A stretch of 57,561 nucleotides of DNA from a virus (IMGVR_UViG_3300036859_000285:1-57561); one strand, 5' to 3'. Shown: positions 20,667-29,810, numbered from the stretch's first letter. The notes: generated from the letters alone by a model not told the origin. Numbers and translations are program-made.

Positions 20667-21074
20667 ATGGACGCACTGAATGGGCGCGAGGCGCGCATCG
20701 CCGAGGAGACGGTCAGCGCGATCGACTTCATGTCGCGGTTGGTAGGCGCCATCGAAGACGGCAATTGGTACTACGCCGCCGACAAGCTGTCGCAGCTCAC
20801 ACGGACGCTTGAGAAGTTGTCGGGCCAGTTGGCTCGTACCGACCACCCCGCCGTTGGTCCGCCGGTTGCCGCATACGTAGCCGAGCAGGCCCAGCAGTAT
20901 CGCATCGGCCGCGGCCTGTACGGCCGAGCCAACCGCAGACCGGAAGCCGCAGACCAGTCGGTGGACCTCGACGCCGTCGAGATCCCGCCTGCGGTCGCTG
21001 CCCATGTGCTGCGGCCTTCTCGCGCAGGCGTATCCCGACTACGTCAAGGCGTTCAACCTCGCCCAGATGACTGA
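20667..21074 (+). CDS. Hypothetical protein, 3' end possibly disrupted
   Basis: AGGAG RBS; alternative GC3-rich frame 21013-21117. Confidence 0.6.
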   Translation: MDALNGREARIAEETVSAIDFMSRLVGAIEDGNWYYAADKLSQLTRTLEKLSGQLARTDHPAVGPPVAAYVAEQAQQYRIGRGLYGRANRRPEAADQSVDLDAVEIPPAVAAHVLRPSRAGVSRLRQGVQPRPDD

Positions 21075-21383
21075 TCACGGGACCGCCGAGCTGCAGGCCA
21101 TCGCGGGACTGAGCTAGACCAAGAATGTGGAGCGCCGTGCAGGTTCGCAGGGGCCCTGAGATGATGCGCGCGTTCCCGCTCTGTCTCATATTCGCCGAGG
21201 GAGACATCGGCTTATGACCGGTTACCGTTCGCGGCTGTACGGCTACGCGCCGCAGCTCTCGAGCGTCCGCATGCGCGGCCCGCCCTGAGCCCATACCAGG
21301 CGCCACCGACAATCACGAGCCCCGCGAGCTCGCGGGGACACACACCTGACAAGCACGCATAATGCAGAGAAAAGATCCCCCAA

Positions 21384-21752
21384 GTGACTGAACTGCATCA
21401 GCTGCTGCTGCCTGGCGATGAGGCGATAGCCCACGCCACTCTCGAGGCTTATCTCGAGGCCCGAGTCGAGGCAGCAGACAAAGAGATCCGACGCGCTATC
21501 GAGGCGCGCAACCAGGCCCGAGCCGACCTCGAGGACTGGCAGAAAACCGGCACGATGACCATCGACCAGGCTTTGCACGCCTGGCAGTGCTTGGTCAAGG
21601 CCACGAGCACCATGGGCCTGATGTACGCCAGCGAGCAGGCCGGCCGCAGCGAGTGGGCGGCCGCTGACACCTCGTTCCGCGCGACGACCCGCTACTTTCA
21701 GCACCGCGGGTTCAAGCTCACCGCGCCGCCGATGATCGGCGGCGCGACATGA
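21384..21752 (+). CDS. Hypothetical protein
   Basis: Coupled to next ORF. Confidence 0.65.
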   Translation: MTELHQLLLPGDEAIAHATLEAYLEARVEAADKEIRRAIEARNQARADLEDWQKTGTMTIDQALHAWQCLVKATSTMGLMYASEQAGRSEWAAADTSFRATTRYFQHRGFKLTAPPMIGGAT

Positions 21753-22129
21753 CCCGAACCCTTGGCGGAGCGGTTCCATCGACGGCACCCGTCGTCCAGG
21801 ACGACACGATCAGTCCCGTAATCGTCGAGGTCGCCGAGGCGTGCCAGCGCCTCGATCGCGCCTGGGGCGAGCAGGGCCGCGACTACCCGGACGGGACAGG
21901 ACCAGGCGAGTACGCAGCGCTGGACCTGTCCGACCTGTGGGCCAGGGCCGCCGAGAACGCCAAGGCCAGCGACGCCCTCTCATGGCGTCTGCTCATCCTG
22001 GCGAAGATGTCCGGGGCGTTCGCCGAACGCACCCCCCAGGCGCTACGCGGCGCCCTCGTGCAGGTCGCCGCCCTGGCGTGCACCTGGATACGGGCGATCG
22101 ACCGACGCACCGAGGGGATGCGGATGTGA
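21749..22129 (+). CDS. MazG-like all-alpha NTP pyrophosphohydrolase homolog, acidic motif degenerate
   Basis: WGEQ..YPDGTG...SWRLLILAKMSGAFAE...LVQVAALACTWIRAIDRR. Confidence 0.55.
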   Translation: MTRTLGGAVPSTAPVVQDDTISPVIVEVAEACQRLDRAWGEQGRDYPDGTGPGEYAALDLSDLWARAAENAKASDALSWRLLILAKMSGAFAERTPQALRGALVQVAALACTWIRAIDRRTEGMRM

Positions 22130-22767
22130 CCGCCGTCGTCGACTACCAGGCCCAGGCCTACGCCATGGCCACCGACAGCGGCCGCGAGCAGGCGATCGAC
22201 AGCATCGCCCGCTACCTGCATCACGAGGAAACGATGCACATGCACTCGCCGCCCTACGGCAAGGCCCCGTGCGGCTACTGCTGGCTGCGCGCCGGCCGCG
22301 CCGTACGGATCCTCGGCCTGCTCAACCTGCTCGCCCCGCCCAGCAGATGGGCCAAGCCAGGGGTGAGCTGGGCCGAGATAGGCCTGCCCGAGCTCGGCGG
22401 CGAACTCCCGATCGGTGTCGACGAGGGCGCGGCACCGCAAGGACCCCACGAGCTCGACGGCGATCCCGAGGAAAGGGTCGCCTACCGGGTTCGGCTGCGG
22501 TTCACCTGCGCGGGCCTGACACCGGAATGCACGACCGAGCTGTTCAAGTACGGCGAATTCGCGCGTCTGTCCCCGCGGGTGCGGGAATGGCGAACGACCG
22601 TCGCCGACAAGCGGAAGAAGCTCTACAGCCCTCAGGTTGCGATCTCCCGCGCGAATTCGGTCCTGGGCTCGGTCTGCCAGGAGTACGGCGTCACGAGCCT
22701 GCGGGTAAGCGAGACGCACGTCCAGCCGACCGAGCCGCCAGCCGACGACGAGGACGACAGCGGCTAG
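22126..22767 (+). CDS. Hypothetical protein
   Basis: GTGA coupling; CGYC motif. Confidence 0.65.
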   Translation: MTAVVDYQAQAYAMATDSGREQAIDSIARYLHHEETMHMHSPPYGKAPCGYCWLRAGRAVRILGLLNLLAPPSRWAKPGVSWAEIGLPELGGELPIGVDEGAAPQGPHELDGDPEERVAYRVRLRFTCAGLTPECTTELFKYGEFARLSPRVREWRTTVADKRKKLYSPQVAISRANSVLGSVCQEYGVTSLRVSETHVQPTEPPADDEDDSG

Positions 22768-22843
22768 AGGCGGACACGCTGCAATGACCGGCCCCGTTCA
22801 TCACGCCAGGTGAGCGGGGCCTCTCCGTGCGTAAGCTGCCCGG

Positions 22844-23650
22844 ATGGACGTCACGATGGTTTCCCGAGCGACGTGGGACGCCAAATACGACTACGACCAG
22901 ACCCCGACGAACATCCACCCTGAGCAGGGCGGCGTGGCCATCCACTACAACGGGCCCGCCCTGAACCTGCCAGCCGATCACAGCCGCTGTGACGCCGCCG
23001 TGCTCGGAATCGAGCGGTTCCACGTGCAGACCCGCGGCTGGTCCGGCATCGCCTATACCCTGCTCGCCTGCCCCTGCCCGAGCCGCCATCTCTACGTCGG
23101 CCGAGGCCTCGGTAAGCGCACCGCGGCGAATGGAACCACGGTAGGCAACGATCACTTCTACGCCATCATGGCGTTGATCGGGAAAGGCGAGACCCCGACC
23201 GACGACCTGCTCGCGACCCTGAGGTACGGGATCGACTACCTGCGCGCTCACGGCGCCGGCGGCCGCGTCGTCGGGCACCGCGACCTGTACAGCACCGACT
23301 GCCCAGGCCCCAAGCTGTACTCGTGGGTCAAGGCAGGCGCCCCCTATCCAGGATTCGACATCCCGCCGCTTCCTGGCGGCGACACAGACGACCACACAGA
23401 CGGTTGGACGGCAACGCTCATGAAGAACCTGCCCACCTTGGCCGCCGGCGACGTCGGCAAGCCCGTCATGCGCGTCCAGGCCCTTCTGAACGTCGCCAAC
23501 TCGACGAGCAGCGGCGCGCGCCTCGTCGAGGATGGCGTGTTTGGCCACAAGACCGAGGACGCCGTTGCAGCGCTGCAGGCGGGCCACAAGCTGACCGATG
23601 ACGGGATCGTCGGCCGCAAAACGTGGCCGATCCTGCTCGGCGTCGCATGA
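22844..23650 (+). CDS. Endolysin: N-acetylmuramoyl-L-alanine amidase (Amidase_2) plus peptidoglycan-binding domain
   Basis: IHY, RGWSGIAY, GHRD..STDCPG; C-terminal DGVFG.KT...DGIVGRKTW. Confidence 0.93.
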   Translation: MDVTMVSRATWDAKYDYDQTPTNIHPEQGGVAIHYNGPALNLPADHSRCDAAVLGIERFHVQTRGWSGIAYTLLACPCPSRHLYVGRGLGKRTAANGTTVGNDHFYAIMALIGKGETPTDDLLATLRYGIDYLRAHGAGGRVVGHRDLYSTDCPGPKLYSWVKAGAPYPGFDIPPLPGGDTDDHTDGWTATLMKNLPTLAAGDVGKPVMRVQALLNVANSTSSGARLVEDGVFGHKTEDAVAALQAGHKLTDDGIVGRKTWPILLGVA

Positions 23651-23901
23651 CCCGCCGAGCCCGACGAGCAGCCCTGTTCACCCGACGATTCTGGGGCGAC
23701 GCCGTCGAGCGGCTTATCCGCGCCGGCGCGGCCGCCATGCTGTCGACCCTCACCGGGCGCGCGGTCGGCCTGCTCGAGGTGCACTGGCTGGGCGTGCTCG
23801 AGGTAGGCGGTATGGCCGCTCTGGTCAGCCTGCTCACGTCGATCGTGGCCGCCCACACGGGCGACCCGGAAACGGCCGGATTCGCAACGGGCGACGCGTA
23901 G
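23647..23901 (+). CDS. Holin (r1t-like)
   Basis: FWGDAVERLIR...AALVSLLTSI; 2 TMs; coupled to endolysin. Confidence 0.85.
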   Translation: MTRRARRAALFTRRFWGDAVERLIRAGAAAMLSTLTGRAVGLLEVHWLGVLEVGGMAALVSLLTSIVAAHTGDPETAGFATGDA

Positions 23902-23919
23902 TTGCGTAGTGTGTCCGGA

Positions 23920-24357
23920 ATGCACGACCCCGAGCTCTACAACAGCGAGCTCTACCTCGACATGGTGCGCGCGACAATCCAGCGCGCCGGCTGGGCGGTC
24001 CACGGCTTGCCCGACCAGCAGCTCGCCTACACGATCGGGCTGACCGAGCGAGGCCTGCCCGAGGTCTACATGCGCGGCTACGACATCGCGGCGGCCGCCG
24101 GCCTGCTCAACCAGGTCGCCGCCACCATCGGCCAGGCCCCGCCCGACGTCGCCGGCGACGCCGCCCTGTTCGTCGACGTCATCGCCGGCGCGCACATTGC
24201 CGTGAACACGGCGCTCGGCTCGATCCTCGTGCAGGTCACCGCCGGCGACGCCGAGGGGTTGGCGATCGCGAACCGGCTCTACCCGGGACAGGTCGCCGCC
24301 CTGCAGGTGCACCCGCCGGCGCGCGTCTGGCAGGCGCCGGCACCCGCCAGCCTGTAG
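23920..24357 (+). CDS. DUF4262-like protein
   Basis: GWAVH...AYTIGL...GLPEV. Confidence 0.7.
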   Translation: MHDPELYNSELYLDMVRATIQRAGWAVHGLPDQQLAYTIGLTERGLPEVYMRGYDIAAAAGLLNQVAATIGQAPPDVAGDAALFVDVIAGAHIAVNTALGSILVQVTAGDAEGLAIANRLYPGQVAALQVHPPARVWQAPAPASL

Positions 24358-24404
24358 CGCATCGGTTGCTGAGGTCCCCTCACAACTGTAGACTCCCTCT
24401 TGCA
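24353..24404 (+). promoter_or_regulatory. Promoter with paired TGTAG-N8-TTGC boxes (copy B)
   Basis: TTGCTG-17-TAGACT; boxes 24353-70 and 24387-404. Confidence 0.75.
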
Positions 24405-24425
24405 ATCATGAGGAAGGGTGCAATT

Positions 24426-24815
24426 GTGGACTCTGCCCCCCTGCCCGAGTTGATCGGGCTTAAGGAGATCGCCGAACTCAAGGGAGTTCCGCGCGGCACA
24501 GCCGACTCTTGGCGTAGCCGCGGCGACCTGCCTGAGCCGGATATCACCCTTTCGGGTAAGCCTCTATGGATTAAGTCGCGGATCATGAATCCCGAAGCGC
24601 CGACCGAGCCGCTCCCCGCGCTGGTCAGCACCGCCGAGGTAGCACACCTGTTCGGCGTCAAAGTCACGACGGTCAAGGAATGGAAGAACCGCAATATCAG
24701 GCCCGAGCCCGACGTGACCATCTCGCGTCAGCCCGTCTGGCGGCTCGAAACCTGGCTCGCGTGGAGCGCCAAAACGGGGCGGCCGATCGTGCACGCCTAC
24801 AACACCAAGCCTTAG
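24426..24815 (+). CDS. Tandem AlpA/Xis-like HTH DNA-binding protein
   Basis: Two repeats: LIGLKEIAE..GV...W...LPEPD..SG.PLW and LVSTAEVAH.FGV...W...PEPD..S..PVW. Confidence 0.8.
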   Translation: MDSAPLPELIGLKEIAELKGVPRGTADSWRSRGDLPEPDITLSGKPLWIKSRIMNPEAPTEPLPALVSTAEVAHLFGVKVTTVKEWKNRNIRPEPDVTISRQPVWRLETWLAWSAKTGRPIVHAYNTKP

Positions 24816-24950
24816 GCTCGCCCTTCGCTCAGCCCATCCCCAAGCCGGGATATCGCGCGCCTAACTCATGCTCACTGCCTATAAGGAAACTGCGAGCGAG
24901 TGATTCCCTATGAGCTGGCATTCCCGTAGTCCCGTTTTCGAGGCCCCGCC

Positions 24951-25199
24951 ATGGTGACGTTGATTGCGGTCTACAACTCCGAGGGCCTCGTCGGTCGATG
25001 CGACGCCCGCTGTTATGCCGCCAGTGACGAGCGATGCCGCTGCATCTGCCAGGGCAAGAATCACCGCAAGGGCCTACAGGTCGCGATCGACAACACCCGC
25101 GACATGTGCGACCGCTGGCTCGAGCACGCTCGGGCCGTCGATCCGAGCATCACCAAACACATGATCAACTACTGGTCCGCAACGGATCCGCTCTTCTGA
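24951..25199 (+). CDS. Cys-rich hypothetical protein
   Basis: CDARC...CRCICQGKNH. Confidence 0.7.
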   Translation: MVTLIAVYNSEGLVGRCDARCYAASDERCRCICQGKNHRKGLQVAIDNTRDMCDRWLEHARAVDPSITKHMINYWSATDPLF

Positions 25200-25422
25200 A
25201 CCCCTTCTGACGCGCAACGCCGCGAACGCGGCAGATCGTAGACCTGTATGCAGGGATAGGACTACAGTCCCCCTCTAGCGGCTCGCCCCCGCTCTGCGCT
25301 GGGTTGCTCACGGACAGGCTGCGCGAGGGGCGGCCCGCCCCCGAAACAACCAAAAAGAAAAGGGCCCCTGCCGACTGCTGCTAACAGTCCGGGGCCCATG
25401 AGACCTAGCAGGAGGTCTGGTA

Positions 25423-25770
25423 ATGAATTTACCACAAAACCCCCTATCGGCACAGGCGAATGAGCCTATCGATTCACCCTGTTTGCCCAGGTCAAAGGGT
25501 GATCTAGCACCCAACCGCGCCGAGTACTTCGCGCTTCTCTATCGCGAGCGCTACGGCGACATGGATCGCCTGGAAATGGAGCGGCACGCCCCCCTTCCAC
25601 CGGCGCCTGACCACGAGCGTCACGAAGAGCTCTACCTGCCGGTAACCCGCCTTGAGGCCTGGCGCAATCTCAGCGAACTGAACCGCACGGTTCGCGAAGT
25701 CGACGGCTACCTCGGCTTCTGGCGTTACCGCGACTCGGCAATCCCCGCGGCCGAGGGGGGAGAGGCGTGA
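25423..25770 (+). CDS. Hypothetical protein
   Basis: AGGAGG RBS; coupled to initiator. Confidence 0.6.
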   Translation: MNLPQNPLSAQANEPIDSPCLPRSKGDLAPNRAEYFALLYRERYGDMDRLEMERHAPLPPAPDHERHEELYLPVTRLEAWRNLSELNRTVREVDGYLGFWRYRDSAIPAAEGGEA

Positions 25771-26777
25771 GCGGCGAAGACGCCAAGAACGACGAGGTGA
25801 GGATCGAGCGGCCCGAGTGGAATCGCGATCTCTGGTCGCAGATGTACTGGGCCGTTTACGACGATCCCGACATGGATCGGAACGGCCATACCGCGTACAT
25901 GGCGTTGATCCGCTGGGTCAACTTCCAGACCCGTAGGACGAAGCCGATCTCACGAGCCGACCTCGCCAAAGGGGCTCGAGTCAGCGTCGACACCCTCGAT
26001 CGAGGGCTGCGCACGTGCGTGAAGCTCGGCTATGTCGAGGTAGTCAAGGACTTCGATCCGGACACCAACCGCTTCGGCGAATCGACCTACCTCGTGTACG
26101 ACGAGCGCGGCGCACGGGAAGCTCGAGCGGCGGCCGCAGTCACGGAAAGTGAGTCAACTACGGACCGTGAAACTACCAAGCCAGACCCTAGCCGCTCACA
26201 GCGGCCAGGTAGGGGTAGCCGCTCACAGCGGCCAGGGCAAACCGGTACAAGTCCGGAATGGGGTAGCCGCTCACAGCGGCTACCCCTAGCCGCTCACAGC
26301 GGCCACCTAGCCGCATATTGCGGCAGTACTACTAGAGAAGAAAACCAAGAAGAAGAGCGAGAGAAAGACCTACCCCTTCTCGCCGTAGGCGAGCGAACGG
26401 TCCGTAACGCGCGCGACGCGCCTACGGCGAAGGATCAAGATCTCGATTCGGTCGGGTTGGCGATCGCGCTTCGCCTGCCCGGGCCGTACGCCGCGGCGCC
26501 GATGTGGGTCCGCCGGATCGTTGGCGTGCGGATCGCGGCCGCGATCGCCGAGGGTCTGTCGCCGTGGGCGATCGAGGTCTACGCCGCTGCGTTCGCCGAT
26601 GATCCGGAGTACGGCGACTTCGAGCACCTCAAGGTGTTCGACGCCACCATGCGCAAGCTGGCCGACGACATTGCCCGCGGCGAGGCCTGCCCGGGATGCG
26701 GCCGCGATCCGTCGCATCCTTGGTGCGATGCAGCGATCACGGACGAAACGGAGTCAGGCGATGTTGCCCAAGCATGA
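25767..26777 (+). CDS. Replication initiator protein (N-terminal wHTH, lambda-O-like layout)
   Basis: ISRADLAKGARVSVDTLDRGL...LGYV; central iteron array. Confidence 0.75.
   Translation: MSGEDAKNDEVRIERPEWNRDLWSQMYWAVYDDPDMDRNGHTAYMALIRWVNFQTRRTKPISRADLAKGARVSVDTLDRGLRTCVKLGYVEVVKDFDPDTNRFGESTYLVYDERGAREARAAAAVTESESTTDRETTKPDPSRSQRPGRGSRSQRPGQTGTSPEWGSRSQRLPLAAHSGHLAAYCGSTTREENQEEEREKDLPLLAVGERTVRNARDAPTAKDQDLDSVGLAIALRLPGPYAAAPMWVRRIVGVRIAAAIAEGLSPWAIEVYAAAFADDPEYGDFEHLKVFDATMRKLADDIARGEACPGCGRDPSHPWCDAAITDETESGDVAQA
26189..26368. repeat. Iteron array / probable replication origin
   Basis: TAGCCGCTCACAGCGGC at 26189, 26216, 26264 and 26287, degenerate copy at 26308, then an A/G-rich tract. 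Confidence 0.8.
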
Positions 26778-27132
26778 TCTTCGTCCGTGCGCGTGCGGCG
26801 CCGAGATCCGCTGGACCATCACGACGGCCGGCCGCAAGCTCGCCGTCGACGCCAAACCGCACCCGCTCGGGAACGTCGCCTGTCACCGCGACCACATGGG
26901 GACCTGGCGGTCGCGGGTGCCGAACGCCGAGCTGCCGCTCGCGAACTTCGAGAAGTTGTTCATGCCGCACGCGGCGACGTGCACCAGCCCGCCGCCGGCG
27001 AAAAAGCCTCGAGCTCGAGCAGCGCGGGATCTGCGCATGGGTCCGGGCGCGCAAGTCGAGCTCGATCTCGGCCTCGGACTCCCGGAGGGCGTCAGCTCGC
27101 TCGCGGCATACCGCCGGCGGCGATCGCCATGA
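26761..27132 (+). CDS. Zn-binding hypothetical protein
   Basis: CACGAEIRW...VDA.P...PHAATC. Confidence 0.75.
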   Translation: MLPKHDLRPCACGAEIRWTITTAGRKLAVDAKPHPLGNVACHRDHMGTWRSRVPNAELPLANFEKLFMPHAATCTSPPPAKKPRARAARDLRMGPGAQVELDLGLGLPEGVSSLAAYRRRRSP

Positions 27133-27320
27133 CCGATCGGGCGATACACGATGATCCAATTCCCGTCGAGCAGGAGCTCACGCCCAGCGAGCGTGCGCGG
27201 TATCGCGTGCGGCTCGTCGTCTATGCGGCGATGCTCACAGGCGCGACCCGGGCGGAAATACTCGCAGAGGTAAGCCGGGCATTTGCACTGGCAAGCAGGA
27301 AAGTAACTCTCCGTCGCTGA
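27129..27320 (+). CDS. Hypothetical protein
   Basis: ATGA coupling. Confidence 0.55.
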   Translation: MTDRAIHDDPIPVEQELTPSERARYRVRLVVYAAMLTGATRAEILAEVSRAFALASRKVTLRR

Positions 27321-27347
27321 ATTGAAGAGTGGTATCTGTCCGGCCCT

Positions 27348-27374
27348 GCCCCACCGTGTCACGGTGGGGCTTTT
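27348..27374 (+). terminator. Intrinsic terminator
   Basis: GCCCCACCGT-gtc-ACGGTGGGGC-TTTT. Confidence 0.85.
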
Positions 27375-27407
27375 GTATACCCCCACCCCTCAATACTTTT
27401 CGTCACC

Positions 27408-27459
27408 CCTATATGATTGATTAACAGTCGGGGGCACGAATGTTCGGCAAGCATATAGG
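27408..27459. other. Candidate attP site
   Basis: 52-bp site with 11/12 inverted arms CCTATATGATTG / CAAGCATATAGG, central GG, AT-rich, upstream of the recombinases. Confidence 0.45.
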
Positions 27460-27658
27460 CTCAAACCTATAACGTGTTGCAACAATCGCGCCCCCTTATA
27501 GGTGATTGACGTATGAATGATCGCCGACTTCTGGCCCCTGCTGGGCTGGTGTCATACCCTCGCCACCGACGCCCGCTGCGCAGGCGTCGCTACCCGCAGT
27601 CACGGCCCAGATCCCTCGCACCGGGCCGATCCGCCGAGACCCGCGATCAGGTGCTGAC

Positions 27659-28213
27659 GTGAATTCACCCCCACACGCCCAACCCTGGGACGGCTCAGGA
27701 GAGGCCGCCAGTGGCCGCCAGGGCCACGACAAGCCCCTCTCTGGCATCCCAGGACCCGAAAACGACCCCCAGAGGCTCACGGAGCCGCACAGCGCCTCGC
27801 CGAAAGCCGGCGGATGCTGGGCCCTGTACTGCCGCTCCAACCGCGGCGGCGACGACGCGATGCAGACCCTCAACGCCCAAGAGGCCACGCTGCGCGCTCT
27901 CGCGGCCGCCCGCGGCGCCACCGTGTGCGGCGCCTGGCTCGAGATCGGCCCAGGCCCAGGCAGCGCCTATCACGCGATGATCCAGCACCTGCGCGGCAAC
28001 GGATGCGCACGCGTCGCCATCTACGACCTCGGCCGGCTCACCCGCGACCCCAACGAGTTTCAGCTCGTGATGGAGTTGCTCGCCGAGCTCGGCATCGGCC
28101 TGACCCTCGCGGACGGCACCGACCTGGATACCGCCGACGACCCCGTACTCAGGCTCAGGCTGTACGGCTTCGCACCGCGAAAGGCTCGCCTCGCCCCGGG
28201 ATCCAACTGGTGA
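27659..28213 (+). CDS. Stand-alone serine-recombinase catalytic domain, probably inactive; start uncertain
   Basis: WALYCRSN...Q...LR...VAIYDLGRLTRD; no DNA-binding domain. Confidence 0.7.
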   Translation: MNSPPHAQPWDGSGEAASGRQGHDKPLSGIPGPENDPQRLTEPHSASPKAGGCWALYCRSNRGGDDAMQTLNAQEATLRALAAARGATVCGAWLEIGPGPGSAYHAMIQHLRGNGCARVAIYDLGRLTRDPNEFQLVMELLAELGIGLTLADGTDLDTADDPVLRLRLYGFAPRKARLAPGSNW

Positions 28214-29646
28214 AACAAGGCATTCTCGCGGCCGCCGTGGCGCCCCTGCCATGCGGCATCTACGTCCGCATTTCCAAGGACAGGCTCATGGAAGGCCTCG
28301 GCGTCGCACGGCAGGAAGGCGACTGCCGAGCCCTGGCCGAGAAACGCGGATGGGCCGTCGTCGACGTCTACTGCGACAACGACGTTTCAGCGAGCGGCAA
28401 GAAAAAGCGAGAGCAGTGGGAACGTCTACTTGCCGACCTCCAGAGCGGCCGCATCCGCGCAATCGTCGCCTGGCATGTGGACCGGCTGACCCGCCGCCCT
28501 GTCGAGCTCGAGGGCGTTATCGATATGGCCGACCGGCTCGGCGTGCAGTTGGCGACCGTGAACGGCGAAATCGACCTCGGCACACCCACCGGGCGTGCAA
28601 TGGCCCGCATTCTCGGCGCCTGGGCTCGGCTCGAGGTTGAACAGAAATCGCTGCGGCAGCAAGCGGCGAATAAGCAACGTGCACATAGCGGAGAGGTGTG
28701 GTGTGGGGGCATGCGCTGCTACGGATATACAGAAGACGGCCACGGCATTATTGAGAAAGAGGCGGAGATAATCCGCGAGATGACTAAGCGAGTCATCAAT
28801 GGCGATTCCCTGAGAAGCCTTGTTCTCGAGCTGGTACAGCGCGGCATCACCACCACGACGGGCGGCCCGTGGCAGGCGTTGACGATCCGCCGGCTGCTGC
28901 AAAATCCCCGGCTGACAGGCAAGCGGGTCTACCGCGGCGAGGTCGTTGCTCAAGGCCAGTGGCCGGCCATCCTGGAGGAGGCGACCCAGCAACGCCTGAT
29001 CGCCGTCTTGGCCGATCCGGCTCGTCGCAAGGACCGCTCGCAGCCTGGCGAGGCCAAGGTCCGAAAGTACCTGCTGACAGGGATCCTGGTCTGCGGGATC
29101 TGTGGCAAGCCGCTGCAGGCGCAGCCGAGCAACGCCGGCCGGCGCGGGTACGTCTGCCGCAAGACGCCGCCGTACGGCGGGTGCGGCCGCATCCGCATTG
29201 CCGCCGAGCCCCTCGAGCTGGACGTCGCCGAGCGGGTCCTCGCCCGGTTCGCCTCGCCGTCCATCCGGCAAAAGCTGGCCGCGGCGAGCACGTTCGAGGA
29301 TGACGCCACGCTGACCGAGCAGATAGGCGAGCTCGAGCGCCGCCAGGTCGAAAACGCCGAGGACTACGCGAATGACTTGCTCGATCGCCGCGCTTACCGG
29401 CTCGCCCAGGAGAAGATCTCAACGCGGATCAAGGAGCTCCGCGGCCGGATCATGCACCTGACGAGGCTGGAGCATCTGCCGACTGAGGTCACACCGGTCA
29501 CGTTGGCGCAATGGTGGGCCGACGCGTCTTTGCAGCGTCGCCGCGATCTGATTCAAACGGTCTTCGAGCAGGTCGTGATCGGGCCGACGACGCGTCCTGG
29601 ATTTCAGGGACTCGACGAAGCGAGATTGACCTATATCGCCCGATAA
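28210..29646 (+). CDS. int: Large serine integrase
   Basis: IYVRIS catalytic Ser, DRLTR, recombinase domain (YGY...NPRLTG), Zn ribbon LTGILVCGICG...YVC...GC, coiled coil. Confidence 0.95.
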   Translation: MKQGILAAAVAPLPCGIYVRISKDRLMEGLGVARQEGDCRALAEKRGWAVVDVYCDNDVSASGKKKREQWERLLADLQSGRIRAIVAWHVDRLTRRPVELEGVIDMADRLGVQLATVNGEIDLGTPTGRAMARILGAWARLEVEQKSLRQQAANKQRAHSGEVWCGGMRCYGYTEDGHGIIEKEAEIIREMTKRVINGDSLRSLVLELVQRGITTTTGGPWQALTIRRLLQNPRLTGKRVYRGEVVAQGQWPAILEEATQQRLIAVLADPARRKDRSQPGEAKVRKYLLTGILVCGICGKPLQAQPSNAGRRGYVCRKTPPYGGCGRIRIAAEPLELDVAERVLARFASPSIRQKLAAASTFEDDATLTEQIGELERRQVENAEDYANDLLDRRAYRLAQEKISTRIKELRGRIMHLTRLEHLPTEVTPVTLAQWWADASLQRRRDLIQTVFEQVVIGPTTRPGFQGLDEARLTYIAR

Positions 29647-29810
29647 CCAGTATTTTTTTGCGCTACACGAGTAAGGAAACGGTCAAGCGCGTCCCCCTAT
29701 CCCTCATTGTCTGTGGGCCGCCTTGGATGGCACTGTTGGGATGACCCTCGCGTTCCTTGGGGGATCGCGCGTTCTCGCGCCCGTGTGACTTTGGGGCAGG
29801 GAGATCACCA

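Noticed and set aside
26189-26324. Palindromic 17-bp repeats as a mini-CRISPR
   Set aside because: Spacers are short and irregular and the repeats lie inside the initiator gene, which fits iterons
27419-27429. GACTGTTAATC on the minus strand resembling a tRNA-Asn anticodon loop
   Set aside because: No anticodon stem, T-loop or acceptor stem; no tRNA found in the window
27814-28209. 610-aa integrase starting at 27814
   Set aside because: The extension is Arg-rich, low-complexity and overlaps the resolvase-like ORF; GTG at 28210 is the better start
27659-28213. Tail-fibre invertase (Gin/Cin-like shufflon)
   Set aside because: No DNA-binding HTH, degenerate active site, and no inverted fibre cassettes seen
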